In this document: positions 1 to 9,494 of the stretch, in pieces
How positions within the stretch are numbered: the stretch's first letter is position 1
Layout: each line of letters opens with the position of its first letter
Assembly: GCA_963719075.1 (NCBI GenBank)
Contig: CAVRAN010000007.1
Location: 31,709 to 95,708, forward strand
Direction of reading: 5' to 3'
Length of the DNA stretch: 64,000 nucleotides
Source of the DNA: an uncultured Verrucomicrobiae bacterium
GTDB lineage: Bacteria > Verrucomicrobiota > Verrucomicrobiia > Limisphaerales > UBA11358
Made by a program: the position numbers and the translations under genes
The notes under the pieces: model-generated
What the model saw: only the letters and a program-made list of their open reading frames with translations
Told to the model about the DNA's origin: nothing
Databases searched by the model: none

Positions 1-363
1 ATGTTCACGCGTTTGCGGCATCGGACCTTCGGAGGCGTCCACTACGAGAATCGCGCCATCCATTTGCGCCGCGCCCGTAATCATGTTTTTTACGTAATCC
101 GCGTGGCCGGGACAGTCAACGTGCGCGTAGTGACGCTTGTCGCTCTGATATTCGACATGCGATACTGCAATCGTTACTGTTTTGGTTTCATCGCGCACCG
201 TACCGCCTTTCGTAATGTCTGCGTAAGAAATCGGTGTAGCCAAACCTTTGCGCGCCTGAGTTGCGACAATGGCGGCGGTTAGCGTGGACTTGCCGTGGTC
301 AATATGTCCAATGGTGCCGACGTTGACGTGCGGTTTGTTTCGTTGAAATTGCTCTTTAGCCAT
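1..363 (-). CDS. tuf: Elongation factor Tu, N-terminal part (runs off the window start)
   Basis: Manual translation from ATG at 363: [32 protein letters not shown] (G1 motif); lies downstream of tRNA-Thr. Confidence 0.97.
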   Translation of the reverse strand, partial: MAKEQFQRNKPHVNVGTIGHIDHGKSTLTAAIVATQARKGLATPISYADITKGGTVRDETKTVTIAVSHVEYQSDKRHYAHVDCPGHADYVKNMITGAAQMDGAILVVDASEGPMPQTREH

Positions 364-408
364 TTTTTTTCTCCTGCGTTGATGTCTTTAGTTTTTTAGC
401 AAATCGTC

Positions 409-484
409 TGGAGCCCATGATCAGGATTGAACTGATGACCTCGTCCTTACCAAGGACGTGCTCTACCAACTGAGCTACATGGGC
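409..484 (-). tRNA. tRNA-Thr(GGT)
   Basis: Reverse complement GCCCATGTAGCTCAGTTGGTAGAGCACGTCCTTGGTAAGGACGAGGTCATCAGTTCAATCCTGATCATGGGCTCCA; 76 nt, cloverleaf, encoded CCA. Confidence 0.97.
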
Positions 485-609
485 GCAAACAAGTCATTCA
501 TTCTATCCGATACGCAAAACGACAAAAAAACCTCACCCTTAGCTTTCATTTCTGAAAACTAAAGGAGCTACCGGCTTTTTGGCTTTTTTACGGACTACTG
601 ACGTCGAGC

Positions 610-638
610 AAATTATGAGACAAAGTGAATTCTGTCAA
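610..638 (-). promoter_or_regulatory. Putative sigma70 promoter of tRNA-Thr/tuf
   Basis: Minus strand TTGACA-N17-TAATTT. Confidence 0.6.
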
Positions 639-654
639 CAGCTTTTTTAAAAAA

Positions 655-1422
655 TTACTTACTAATTCCACGTTCACTAGTTCGGACAAATTGAACCAAG
701 TATTGAACTTCAGGTAACAATGGCAATTCTTTTTCAATTTTTGTCAGCGCATTGGAAATTGTCAGCCCTTCGCGAAATAAAATTTTGTAAACCTGCCGCA
801 ACACAACTTGCGCTTCTTCGGAAATACCTTTGCGTTCTATGCCGATTTTGTTGATGGTGCGCGTTTCAGCTGGATTGCCGTCGGCCATCATGAATGGCGG
901 GACGTCCTGCACAACTTTCGAGCAACCGCCGATCATGGACATCTTTCCGATGCGACAAAATTGATGAATCGCGGCAAGTCCTCCGATTACCGCGTAATCC
1001 TCAACCGTCACATGTCCCGCAAGCGTGGCAACATTCGACATAATAACGTGATTTCCGAGCAGGCAATTATGCGCGATGTGGCAGTAGGCAAGTATATTGT
1101 TGTGCGAACCAACACGCGTAACCTCGCCGTCGCCCGTGGCGCTGTGAATCGTGACGTATTCACGAAAAACATTAGCGTCGCCGATTTCTGTCCGCGTGAT
1201 GCCGTCTTTCCATTTCAAGTCTTGTGTTTTCAATCCGATACTCGCGAATGGAAAAATTTCGTTCTCCTGCCCGAGTTTCGTATGACCATCAATGACGACG
1301 TGCGAATGTAATTTGCATTCGTCGCCAAGCGTGACATTCTCGCCAATGACACAATACGGTCCGACTTCGCAGCCAGAACCAATTTGCGCTTTAGGGTGAA
1401 CGATGGCCGAAGAGTGAATCAT
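655..1422 (-). CDS. lpxA: UDP-N-acetylglucosamine O-acyltransferase
   Basis: MIHSSAIVHPKAQIG start, hexapeptide repeats, HIAHNC and HQF motifs; start overlaps the fabZ stop. Confidence 0.95.
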   Translation of the reverse strand: MIHSSAIVHPKAQIGSGCEVGPYCVIGENVTLGDECKLHSHVVIDGHTKLGQENEIFPFASIGLKTQDLKWKDGITRTEIGDANVFREYVTIHSATGDGEVTRVGSHNNILAYCHIAHNCLLGNHVIMSNVATLAGHVTVEDYAVIGGLAAIHQFCRIGKMSMIGGCSKVVQDVPPFMMADGNPAETRTINKIGIERKGISEEAQVVLRQVYKILFREGLTISNALTKIEKELPLLPEVQYLVQFVRTSERGISK

Positions 1423-2777
1423 GCGTCGCGCAACATGAAGGTGACTTCGGCTTCGCTTACGATTTCTCCGCCGACTTTGCAAACACCCTTGCCTTTGCCG
1501 ATTTTGCCACGTGCCTTAGTCAATTCTATTTCGATAACCAGAACATCACCCGGCATAACCGGCTTGCGCCATTTCACGTCTTCGGCGGACATGAAATACG
1601 CCACTTGATTCGCCGCCTCGAGTTTTTTAAGCAACAGCACGCCCGCAACCTGTGCCATCGCTTCAAGCTGCAACACACCCGGCATGATTGGATGAGCAGG
1701 AAAATGCCCTTGAAAATAAGACTCATTAATCGAGACATTTTTGACGCCGACAATTTTATCACCGTCGATTTTCAAAATTCTGTCCACCATCAAAAACGGA
1801 TAGCGGTGCGGGATGAATTTCATCACTTCTTCCACATTCATCGCGCCATCTTGGTTTGCAGGAATTTCAGGTATGGCTTCGCCAGCGGATTTTTTCATCG
1901 GCGGTGTAAAGGTTTGCGCCGCGCGCAACGGCTTGTTCATTTGCGCGAGAATTTGACGGACAAATTCACAATTCGCCGCGTGACTCGGCTTGACTGCGAT
2001 CAAATGCCCGCGAATCGGACGGCCGAGCAGCGACAAATCACCGACGATGTCGAGCATCTTATGCCGGACAAATTCTTCCGGATAACGTAACGGCTCGGTC
2101 GTCAGCACCGCGTCATCGCGTATCACAACGGCATTCTCCAAACTGCCGCCTTTGATGAGATTGTTTTTGATGAGATGCTCAATCTCCTCAAAAAAGCAGA
2201 ACGTCCGCGCGTGCGACAATTCTTTGTCCCATGTCTTCGGCGTAATTTCGGTGCTGTAAAATTGCGTAAAGCGACCTTTCTTGTCCGCGCTCGTGCAGGT
2301 GATCTTGAAACCGGTGTCGGGAAACAATGTCATCATCGTTTCGCCCAATTGCATTTCAATCGGCTCGGTGGGCGTGAACACTTCGCGTTTTTCAGCTAGT
2401 GGCCCGATGCCGGCGGTTTGTATAATTTTGCAAAACTCGCGCGAACTTCCGTCGGCAATCGGCGGCTCATTCGCGTCCAACTCAATCACGGCATTATCAA
2501 TTCCAAAACCCGCGAGCGCGGCGAGGACGTGTTCGACCGTGTGAACTTTTACATTTCCCTTGGCGAGCGTCGTCGAGCGGTTTGTTTCCGAAACATTTTC
2601 CACGCGCGCCTCGATTTCCGGTTTGCCTTCGAGGTCAACGCGACGGAAGCGCACGCCGCTGTTGGCGGGCGCGGGCAGAATCGTCATGTTGACCCGATTA
2701 CCGCTATGCAGGCCGATGCCGGAAAAACTGGCGGCGCGATTGAGCGTCTGCTGATTGAACACGGAGGGATTAGACAA
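1419..2777 (-). CDS. lpxC: Bifunctional LpxC deacetylase / FabZ dehydratase
   Basis: LpxC motifs GIGLHSG, TVEHVL, RHKMLD followed by FabZ motifs PHRYPFLMVDR and FQGHFP. Confidence 0.95.
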   Translation of the reverse strand: MSNPSVFNQQTLNRAASFSGIGLHSGNRVNMTILPAPANSGVRFRRVDLEGKPEIEARVENVSETNRSTTLAKGNVKVHTVEHVLAALAGFGIDNAVIELDANEPPIADGSSREFCKIIQTAGIGPLAEKREVFTPTEPIEMQLGETMMTLFPDTGFKITCTSADKKGRFTQFYSTEITPKTWDKELSHARTFCFFEEIEHLIKNNLIKGGSLENAVVIRDDAVLTTEPLRYPEEFVRHKMLDIVGDLSLLGRPIRGHLIAVKPSHAANCEFVRQILAQMNKPLRAAQTFTPPMKKSAGEAIPEIPANQDGAMNVEEVMKFIPHRYPFLMVDRILKIDGDKIVGVKNVSINESYFQGHFPAHPIMPGVLQLEAMAQVAGVLLLKKLEAANQVAYFMSAEDVKWRKPVMPGDVLVIEIELTKARGKIGKGKGVCKVGGEIVSEAEVTFMLRDA

Positions 2778-2813
2778 AACGCGGGCGCGCTTGGCAAGAT
2801 TGCACTTATTTGC

Positions 2814-3728
2814 CTAATCTTGACTGCATTCGTAATCGCAAAAATTTCTCCGCGTCAGTATGGGGATAATAACTGGCGTAATTTTATCCGAAGACTCTGC
2901 CTCGGTTTTATATTCCACCGGCTTTCGCGACCACCAAGTGCCATTGCTCCACAAGATTCTGTCTTTGACGATTTCACCGTGCATGTTCATTTCGGAATTG
3001 AAGCCCGGCATTGAACTATAACCGTTGAAACCATCGTAAATTTTCATCGCCCTCGGCAATTGGCTTTGGAGAATGGAGCCATCTGCACAAATCCCGGCTC
3101 GTGTTGCAAATCGGTTGTTCTGTATAATGAAAAGCGCATTGTCCGTGCCAGCAATCCAACAGGGTCGTTCCAACTTGCCGCCTTCATACCATGTGCCAAT
3201 CAAGTCGCGTTCTTGCTTGGACAGAGTTTTGTCATCTGCGTTGCCTGTTAATTCAACCACTCCGAACAGACGAGTGTTAAAATCGTTATCGCGCAAATCA
3301 TTCCATGTGCCGGGAGCGGTGGAATCTAAACTGTTCATGTGCGCGCAAGTTTCGATTCCGCCGACGTTGTTTGGTTCTCCTTGATTCCAGTTGGTATAAA
3401 CTAATTTCTCACCCGTCACCCAAGCGAAGGGACCTCCTAGACTTACTCTGTGCAGCCCAATCCAAAGTCCCGCGTGACCAGCTTCAGCGTAAGAACTAAA
3501 AGTAGAAAACACCCATTTTTGATTGTCCGCATTTTTGATAATGGCAAGCGTGCCACCGATGCTTTCAGCTTCCGCTTCCGACATTATCCAAGTGTTTGGT
3601 GAGAGCAAATAGTAATCATGCCCGTTGGCCGGATTTGTAATCGGGCCGGCAATGATGTCGGCGCGTGCGTTAAAGGCGGCAGCGAACAGCATGATTGCTG
3701 CGCTGCAAACTGCGATTGTGGTTTTCAT
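2814..3728 (-). CDS. Secreted C-type lectin domain protein
   Basis: Signal peptide, NGHDYYL, LWIGL, YTNWNQGEPNN (EPN) and WND motifs; C-terminal domain unrecognised. Confidence 0.8.
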   Translation of the reverse strand: MKTTIAVCSAAIMLFAAAFNARADIIAGPITNPANGHDYYLLSPNTWIMSEAEAESIGGTLAIIKNADNQKWVFSTFSSYAEAGHAGLWIGLHRVSLGGPFAWVTGEKLVYTNWNQGEPNNVGGIETCAHMNSLDSTAPGTWNDLRDNDFNTRLFGVVELTGNADDKTLSKQERDLIGTWYEGGKLERPCWIAGTDNALFIIQNNRFATRAGICADGSILQSQLPRAMKIYDGFNGYSSMPGFNSEMNMHGEIVKDRILWSNGTWWSRKPVEYKTEAESSDKITPVIIPILTRRNFCDYECSQD

Positions 3729-3855
3729 AAGCTAGATACATAGTATGACTTGGAAAACATCCTTTTGTTCAAATTGTTTGCGCAAATAAATTGTAATTCG
3801 CTCTTATTCCCGAATTGCCGCTTGCTCGTCGCGCGTCGTGGTTTAACCTGTCAAC

Positions 3856-4680
3856 ATGGGTTGGTTCACTGACCGGCATTTCTTTTTGCTCGCCGTAATT
3901 TTTTACGGCTTGAGTTCGGCCTACTCGGTTTTCCTCTGGCGAAAAGGTTTTCGCACGGCCGACCGCGCGAATTATTTCCTGCTGCTCACCGCGTTCTCGC
4001 TGCACACGCTCGCCATGTTCCTGCGCGGCTTTAATTTCAAGCAATGCCCAGTCAATAATCTTTACGAAGCCACAACCTTCATCGCGTGGACCATCGTTGC
4101 TGCGTATCTCGTCATCGGCCTGCTACCTCGACTGCGTTTCCTCGGCGCGTTCGCATCGCCGGTTCTGTTTGCCATGGGTGTCTTCGCGCTCATGCCCGCG
4201 CTCGATCCGCCGCACGCATTGCAGCCGAATTTTTCCAATGGATTAACGAGTCTGCACGCGGCCTTAATTCTTCTGGCCATCGGCGCGTTCGGATTAAGCG
4301 CCGTCGCCGCGCTGATGTTTTTGACGGAAGAACACGATTTGAAGTTTCACAAACTGCGCGCGATTTTTTCCATGCTGCCCCCGATTCAACGGCTCGAACG
4401 CGTGATGAATGGCCTTTTGCTTTGCGGAATTGTTTTGCTCACAGCGGGGCTTGCGTTCAGTCCGTTTCTGCTCAAGGAAAAATTCGGCGTCTATTTCAAA
4501 AACGACCCACTGCTCGATTATTCGATTTTTATCTGGCTGTTTTATTTTGTGCTGTTGGTTGCGCGCTGGAAATTCGGTCAAAACGGACGCCGTTTCGCCT
4601 GGAGCGCGGTCGGCAGCTTCGCGTTCATCCTGCTCACGTTTTGGGGATTTTTACTTTTGTCACCCATCCATCATCCATGA
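3856..4680 (+). CDS. ccsA: Cytochrome c biogenesis protein CcsA-like membrane protein
   Basis: Multi-TM protein with conserved His residues, directly upstream of hemA. Confidence 0.75.
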   Translation: MGWFTDRHFFLLAVIFYGLSSAYSVFLWRKGFRTADRANYFLLLTAFSLHTLAMFLRGFNFKQCPVNNLYEATTFIAWTIVAAYLVIGLLPRLRFLGAFASPVLFAMGVFALMPALDPPHALQPNFSNGLTSLHAALILLAIGAFGLSAVAALMFLTEEHDLKFHKLRAIFSMLPPIQRLERVMNGLLLCGIVLLTAGLAFSPFLLKEKFGVYFKNDPLLDYSIFIWLFYFVLLVARWKFGQNGRRFAWSAVGSFAFILLTFWGFLLLSPIHHP

Positions 4681-5747
4681 ACGTTGTCGTCATCGGCTTG
4701 AGCCACCATTCATCGCCCGTCGAATTGCGGGAACGATTCGCCTTTGCCGACGCAAAAATTCCCGGCGCGCTCAAATCGCTCCGCGAATCCGGCATTGTCG
4801 ATGAAGCCGTGATTCTCTCAACGTGTAATCGCGTGGAAATTTACGCCGCGACTCCGCTTGAACCGGCGCAGGCATTTGCCGGATTAAAACAATTTTTGAA
4901 AACCGCCCACGCTTTTGAAAATCCGCTCGGCGAGGAAATTTACACGCTCGCCGAGCCGCAGAGTTTACATCATCTTTTCAAAGTCGCCAGCGGCCTTGAT
5001 TCGATGGTTCTCGGCGAAACGGAAATTCTTGGCCAGATCAAAATGGCCTACAAACTCGCGCACCAGCACAAACACACCGGTGCAAAATTAAACAAAGCCT
5101 TTCAACGCGCATTTCACGTCGCCAAGCATATCCGAACCAACACGAGCATCCAACGCGGCAGCGTTTCCGTGTCGTCGGTTGCGGTGGAACTCGCGGAAAA
5201 GATTTTCAGCTCGCTTGCCGAGCGCGAAGTGTTGGTCATCGGCGCAGGCGAAATGAGCGAGAAGACTGCGCGCGCCTTACTCTCTCGCGGCGCAAAAAGC
5301 ATCATCGTTGCTAGTCGTTCGCACGAACGCGCGCAAACTTTCGCCAAAGAATTCGGTGGCCGCGCCGTGCAGTTCGACGATTGGAGCGCGGAATTTGAAA
5401 AAGTTGACATCGCCATCAGCAGCACCTCCGCGCCGCATCACATTTTGGACCGCGCGAAACTGGAGCCATTGATGAAGCTCCGCAAGAACCGTCCGCTGCT
5501 GCTGATCGACATCGCCGTGCCGCGCGACATCGCGCTCGAGGTGAATTTTCTGGAGAATGTCTATCTCTACAACATTGATGATCTGCAATCCATCGCCGCC
5601 GACTATCTGAAACAGCGTAAAGAAGAAATTGTTCGGTGCGAGCAAATTATCGCGGAAAAAGTAAAACTTTTGCTCGAAATAAAATCATCCATAGATTTCG
5701 CCGATGAACGTAGATTAGTTTTTTCTCATCTGCGAAAAACCGTGTAA
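4677..5747 (+). CDS. hemA: Glutamyl-tRNA reductase
   Basis: Start ATG 4677 (MNVVVIGLSH); LSTCNRVE, SGLDSMVLGETEILGQ, IGAGEM, DIAVPRD. Confidence 0.95.
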   Translation: MNVVVIGLSHHSSPVELRERFAFADAKIPGALKSLRESGIVDEAVILSTCNRVEIYAATPLEPAQAFAGLKQFLKTAHAFENPLGEEIYTLAEPQSLHHLFKVASGLDSMVLGETEILGQIKMAYKLAHQHKHTGAKLNKAFQRAFHVAKHIRTNTSIQRGSVSVSSVAVELAEKIFSSLAEREVLVIGAGEMSEKTARALLSRGAKSIIVASRSHERAQTFAKEFGGRAVQFDDWSAEFEKVDIAISSTSAPHHILDRAKLEPLMKLRKNRPLLLIDIAVPRDIALEVNFLENVYLYNIDDLQSIAADYLKQRKEEIVRCEQIIAEKVKLLLEIKSSIDFADERRLVFSHLRKTV

Positions 5748-5761
5748 TCTACGGACTGAAA

Positions 5762-6769
5762 ATGGAACGATCAATCATTATCGCCACACGCGGCAGTGCG
5801 CTCGCACTTGCGCAGGCAAATTTGATTGCCGAACAATGCCGTAAAATTTTTCCACGACTACGTTTCGATTTAAAAATCATCAAAACGACCGGCGACAAAC
5901 TGCAAAAATCTTCTCTCGTCGAAGGCGGCTTGCCGAAGGGGTTATTTACGAAGGAACTCGAAGTCGCGCTGCTGAAAAATCACGCCGATCTCGCCGTTCA
6001 TAGCCTCAAAGACTTACCGACCGAAATCCCAGCCGGTTTGATTCTCGCGGCCACACCGAAACGCGCTGATGTGCGTGATGTTTTGGTTTACCGGGACGCG
6101 GAATTTTTCGCAAATCTTGCAACACAAAAATCCGATGATTGGATTCCCGGCCAGAGTTCTTTGAATGGATTCAAGTCGCACGCGAAGCTTAAAGACTTTC
6201 CCGCCAAAGCTATCATTGCGACCAGCAGTACGCGGCGGAAAATGCAATTGCTCGCCGCGCGGCCTGATTTGAAGACCGTAGAGATTCGCGGGAACGTGCC
6301 GACGCGACTGCAGAAAGTTGCAGAGCGCGATGAGTTGGACGCGACGGTGCTCGCACTCGCTGGTCTGACGCGGTTGAATTTTGAAATCAAATCCGGAGGA
6401 AAACTCGTTGGCGATGCCGTGCCGGATGGTTTGCTCACGACGGTTCTGGACTTAGACGTAATGCTGCCGTGCGTCGGGCAAGGCGCGATTGGAATTGAAA
6501 TTCGTGCCAACGACGAGCGCATCGCAAAAATCTGCGAGCGGTTGAATCATTTCAACACGTTCCATTGCGTGACGGCGGAACGCGCGTTTTTGCGCGCGAT
6601 GGGCGGTGGCTGTCAAAGTCCGGTGGCGGCTTACGCGGAAATTGTCGGCGGCACAATTTTCATGCGCGCGGTTTCGTTCCGCGATAAACAAGTAATGCGT
6701 GGTGAAGCTAATCGTCCACTTGCAGAAGCAATTTTGTTGGGTGAGGAACTGGCAGCACGATTGAAATAA
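5762..6769 (+). CDS. hemC: Hydroxymethylbilane synthase
   Basis: TRGSALALAQ, KGLFTKELE, VHSLKDLP, IRGNV, GGCQSP. Confidence 0.95.
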   Translation: MERSIIIATRGSALALAQANLIAEQCRKIFPRLRFDLKIIKTTGDKLQKSSLVEGGLPKGLFTKELEVALLKNHADLAVHSLKDLPTEIPAGLILAATPKRADVRDVLVYRDAEFFANLATQKSDDWIPGQSSLNGFKSHAKLKDFPAKAIIATSSTRRKMQLLAARPDLKTVEIRGNVPTRLQKVAERDELDATVLALAGLTRLNFEIKSGGKLVGDAVPDGLLTTVLDLDVMLPCVGQGAIGIEIRANDERIAKICERLNHFNTFHCVTAERAFLRAMGGGCQSPVAAYAEIVGGTIFMRAVSFRDKQVMRGEANRPLAEAILLGEELAARLK

Positions 6770-6799
6770 AAACGGCGCGAACTTTTGTCCGCGCCGTTT
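6770..6799. terminator. Hairpin between convergent hemC and glnA
   Basis: AAACGGCGCG-loop-CGCGCCGTTT inverted repeat. Confidence 0.65.
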
Positions 6800-6832
6800 C
6801 CCCAGTTCCTCCTATGGGTTCTCAACGGTCCG

Positions 6833-7882
6833 TTATTTTTTCTTCGCCTTCTTGGGCGCGCCAGTCGGCACGGTGGCGATGGTCTGCAGAATGCGGCTGG
6901 CAATCTTGTAGGGGTCGCCCTGCGAATTCGGCCGGCGGTCTTCCAAGTACCCTTTATAGCCGTTATTGACAAAGCTGTGCGGGACGCGGACGGACGCACC
7001 ACGGTTGGCAACGCCATAGTTGAATTTGTCAATGGACTGCGTTTCGTGCAGGCCGGTCAGACGCAGGTGATTGTCCGGGCCGTAGACGGCGATGTGTTCG
7101 TTCTTATATTTGTCGAACGCGGCCATGAGTGCTTCAAAGTATTCCTTGCCGCCGACTTCGCGCATATGCTTGGTGGAAAAATTGGAGTGCATACCCGAGC
7201 CGTTCCAGTCCACATCCTTACCGAGGGGCTTGCAGTGCCAGTTTACGTCCACCTGATATTTTTCACAAAGGCGCATGAGGAGATAGCGGGCAACCCACAT
7301 TTGATCAGCAGCCTTCCTAGAGCCTTTGCCGAAAATCTGGAATTCCCACTGGCCTTTGGCGACTTCGGAATTAATGCCTTCGTGGTTGATGCCGGCATCT
7401 AGGCAAAGGTCGAGGTGTGTGTCCACGATTTCGCGCGCGATGTCCCCGACGTTTTTGTAGCCGACGGCGGTGTAGTATTCGCCTTGCGGAGGCGGGAAGC
7501 CACCTCCTTTCGGGAAGCCGAGCGGCGCGCCGTCCTTATAAAGAAAATATTCCTGTTCAAAACCGAACCAAGCATCCGGATCGTCAAGGATGCCCGCGCG
7601 AGAATTACTCGGATGCGGTGTCTTGCCGTCGGGCATCATGACTTCGCACATGACAAGCACTCCATTTTTCTTGGTGGTGTCGGGATAGACGGTCACGGGT
7701 TTGAGCATACAATCCGAAGTGCGACCTTCGGCCTGCCGGGTCGAGCTGCCGTCAAAACCCCACATTGGGAGTTCTTCAAGTTTTGGAAAGCCTGAAAATT
7801 CCTTGATTTGAGTTTTGCCGCGGAGGTTGGGGACGGGTTCATAGCCGTCGAGCCAGAGGTATTCTAATTTGTATTTTGCCAT
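6833..7882 (-). CDS. glnA: Glutamine synthetase, type II
   Basis: 349 aa; LEYLWLDG, WGFDGSST, FGFEQEY, GINSEVAKGQWEFQ, WNGSGMH, RLTGLHET, YLEDRRP. Confidence 0.93.
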   Translation of the reverse strand: MAKYKLEYLWLDGYEPVPNLRGKTQIKEFSGFPKLEELPMWGFDGSSTRQAEGRTSDCMLKPVTVYPDTTKKNGVLVMCEVMMPDGKTPHPSNSRAGILDDPDAWFGFEQEYFLYKDGAPLGFPKGGGFPPPQGEYYTAVGYKNVGDIAREIVDTHLDLCLDAGINHEGINSEVAKGQWEFQIFGKGSRKAADQMWVARYLLMRLCEKYQVDVNWHCKPLGKDVDWNGSGMHSNFSTKHMREVGGKEYFEALMAAFDKYKNEHIAVYGPDNHLRLTGLHETQSIDKFNYGVANRGASVRVPHSFVNNGYKGYLEDRRPNSQGDPYKIASRILQTIATVPTGAPKKAKKK

Positions 7883-7972
7883 GTGCGTTATGGTTGTTGT
7901 TGTCTTGTGAATACAGTTCGTTCAATTCAACTGTGCAAACATGTTCAGTTGAACCTGTGGTTTGACTTTTTT

Positions 7973-7988
7973 AGCAGGGCGAGTGCCA
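7973..7988 (-). promoter_or_regulatory. sigma54 (-24/-12) promoter of glnA
   Basis: Minus strand TGGCAC-TCGCC-CTGCT with correct GG-N10-GC spacing, about 90 nt upstream of the start codon. Confidence 0.75.
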
Positions 7989-8188
7989 CGTCGCAAGAAT
8001 TTTGCGTGTCAATCGGACAGAATTGTTTTTGCCCGGTCAAATAAGGGTTTTTTGATGCAGCAACTTATTCACAGGCTAAAAATAATTTGAAAACCTCTGT
8101 CGAAATTTTGCCGTGCTGTGCAAATTGTTTCCGCGTTTGCAGCACGACTTTTCAAGGCGTTCGGGATGTGCAATAGTGAATTGAATAG

Positions 8189-8584
8189 ATGTTGAAAGTC
8201 AAAGATACTTTGCGTGCAACCGTCCATTTGAGTTTTGATGGGCGCGTGTTCAAGACATATCATGGCCCGGACGCGAAAGAACGATTTAAAAATGAAGTGA
8301 ATGTTCTTAAATTTCTCGAATTACGCTGCTGCGATTTCGTTCCGCGATTGCTCGAAGCCGACGGAAAAAAACTCCGGATTGTCACCACGAATTGCGGCGC
8401 CCGTGTGGAGCATTTGGACGAGAAACGTGCGAAGGAATTGTTTGCCGAGCTAGGAAAATTTGGCGTGCGCCATGATGATCCCGGCATGCGAAACGTTACT
8501 TACCGGCAATCTGACGGACGCTTTTGTTTGATTGATTTTGAATTCGCGAGCATTCTTCCTGGTTTCAAGTCAACTCCGGCATGA
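8189..8584 (+). CDS. Minimal protein-kinase-like protein (131 aa)
   Basis: beta3 VFK, helix-C NEV, catalytic loop HDDPGMRN (HxDxxxxN), IDFE (DFG equivalent). Confidence 0.8.
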   Translation: MLKVKDTLRATVHLSFDGRVFKTYHGPDAKERFKNEVNVLKFLELRCCDFVPRLLEADGKKLRIVTTNCGARVEHLDEKRAKELFAELGKFGVRHDDPGMRNVTYRQSDGRFCLIDFEFASILPGFKSTPA

Positions 8585-9423
8585 ACCAAAAACCAGCTCG
8601 CAAAATTGCAACTCCATTGTCCCTGAAATGGTTTGGTTGGACAGACAAGGGTAGGATTCGTCTCAACAATGAGGATTCATTTCTCGGCCTCCAGTTTGAC
8701 GCGCGTGAAATTCATCGTCTCGGAAAATTTGGCAAAGCTTCGACGGAAAAATGGCATTTTGCATTTGCCGTGAGTGATGGAATAGGCGGTGCGCTCGCCG
8801 GAGAATTTGCGAGCCGAATTGCTGTTGAAAAAATCACGGCGTTGCTGCCGCCAGCGTTTCAACCATCCGTCCCCAAATTAAAAGCCGGCTTCGCCGACGT
8901 GTTGGCGAGACTGTTTAGTCAAATTCACGGCGCCCTCGTTTATGTCGGTAACAGTTACGAGGAGTGCGTGGGAATGGAAACCACTTTAAGCCTTTGTTGG
9001 TTTACTCCGAACTGGATGTGTTTCGGCCACATTGGCGACAGCCGTATTTATCATTTGCCCGCTGGTAAAAATAAAATTAAACAACTCAGCGAAGATGACA
9101 CTCATGTCGGCTGGCTTCTCCGCAACGGACAAATTAACGAACGCGAAGCGCGAACACACCCGCGTCGCAACGTGCTCCAAAAAGCGCTTGGCGGTGGCAA
9201 CCAATTTGTTGGCCCCCAGGTCGGTGCGGTGGCATATAAAACTGGCGATATTTTTTTACTTTGCACGGATGGTCTGGTGGAGGGGCTTAATGACAATCAA
9301 ATCGCTCATCTGCTTCTCGAATTTAAACCCGTAAAAACAAATTTGGCGCAATTTTTGGTGAAAATGTCGTTGAAGAATGACGGTCGTGACAATACGACGG
9401 CCCTGATAATCCAAGTTGTCTGA
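8581..9423 (+). CDS. PP2C/PPM-family Ser/Thr phosphatase
   Basis: NNEDSF, VSDGIGG, HIGDSR, LCTDGL, GRDNTT; start overlaps the kinase stop (ATGA). Confidence 0.92.
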   Translation: MNQKPARKIATPLSLKWFGWTDKGRIRLNNEDSFLGLQFDAREIHRLGKFGKASTEKWHFAFAVSDGIGGALAGEFASRIAVEKITALLPPAFQPSVPKLKAGFADVLARLFSQIHGALVYVGNSYEECVGMETTLSLCWFTPNWMCFGHIGDSRIYHLPAGKNKIKQLSEDDTHVGWLLRNGQINEREARTHPRRNVLQKALGGGNQFVGPQVGAVAYKTGDIFLLCTDGLVEGLNDNQIAHLLLEFKPVKTNLAQFLVKMSLKNDGRDNTTALIIQVV

Positions 9424-9441
9424 ATTCCAAAGATAAAAAAC

Positions 9442-9475
9442 TGCGCCGGTTGTAACTTTCGTCACAACCGGCGCA
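9442..9475. terminator. Hairpin between convergent phosphatase and amtB
   Basis: TGCGCCGGTTGT-loop-ACAACCGGCGCA, 12-bp perfect stem, A-tract on the left (U-tract on the minus strand). Confidence 0.75.
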
Positions 9476-9494
9476 CATTACAGACTTTCTTATT

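Noticed and set aside
1419-2777. lpxC-fabZ fusion as a novelty
   Set aside because: Known arrangement in several phyla.
8100-8188. sigma54 promoter or NtrC boxes for the kinase-phosphatase pair
   Set aside because: The best candidate (CAGCACGACTTTTCA) lacks the invariant GG and GC, and there is no clear TGCAC-N7-GTGCA.
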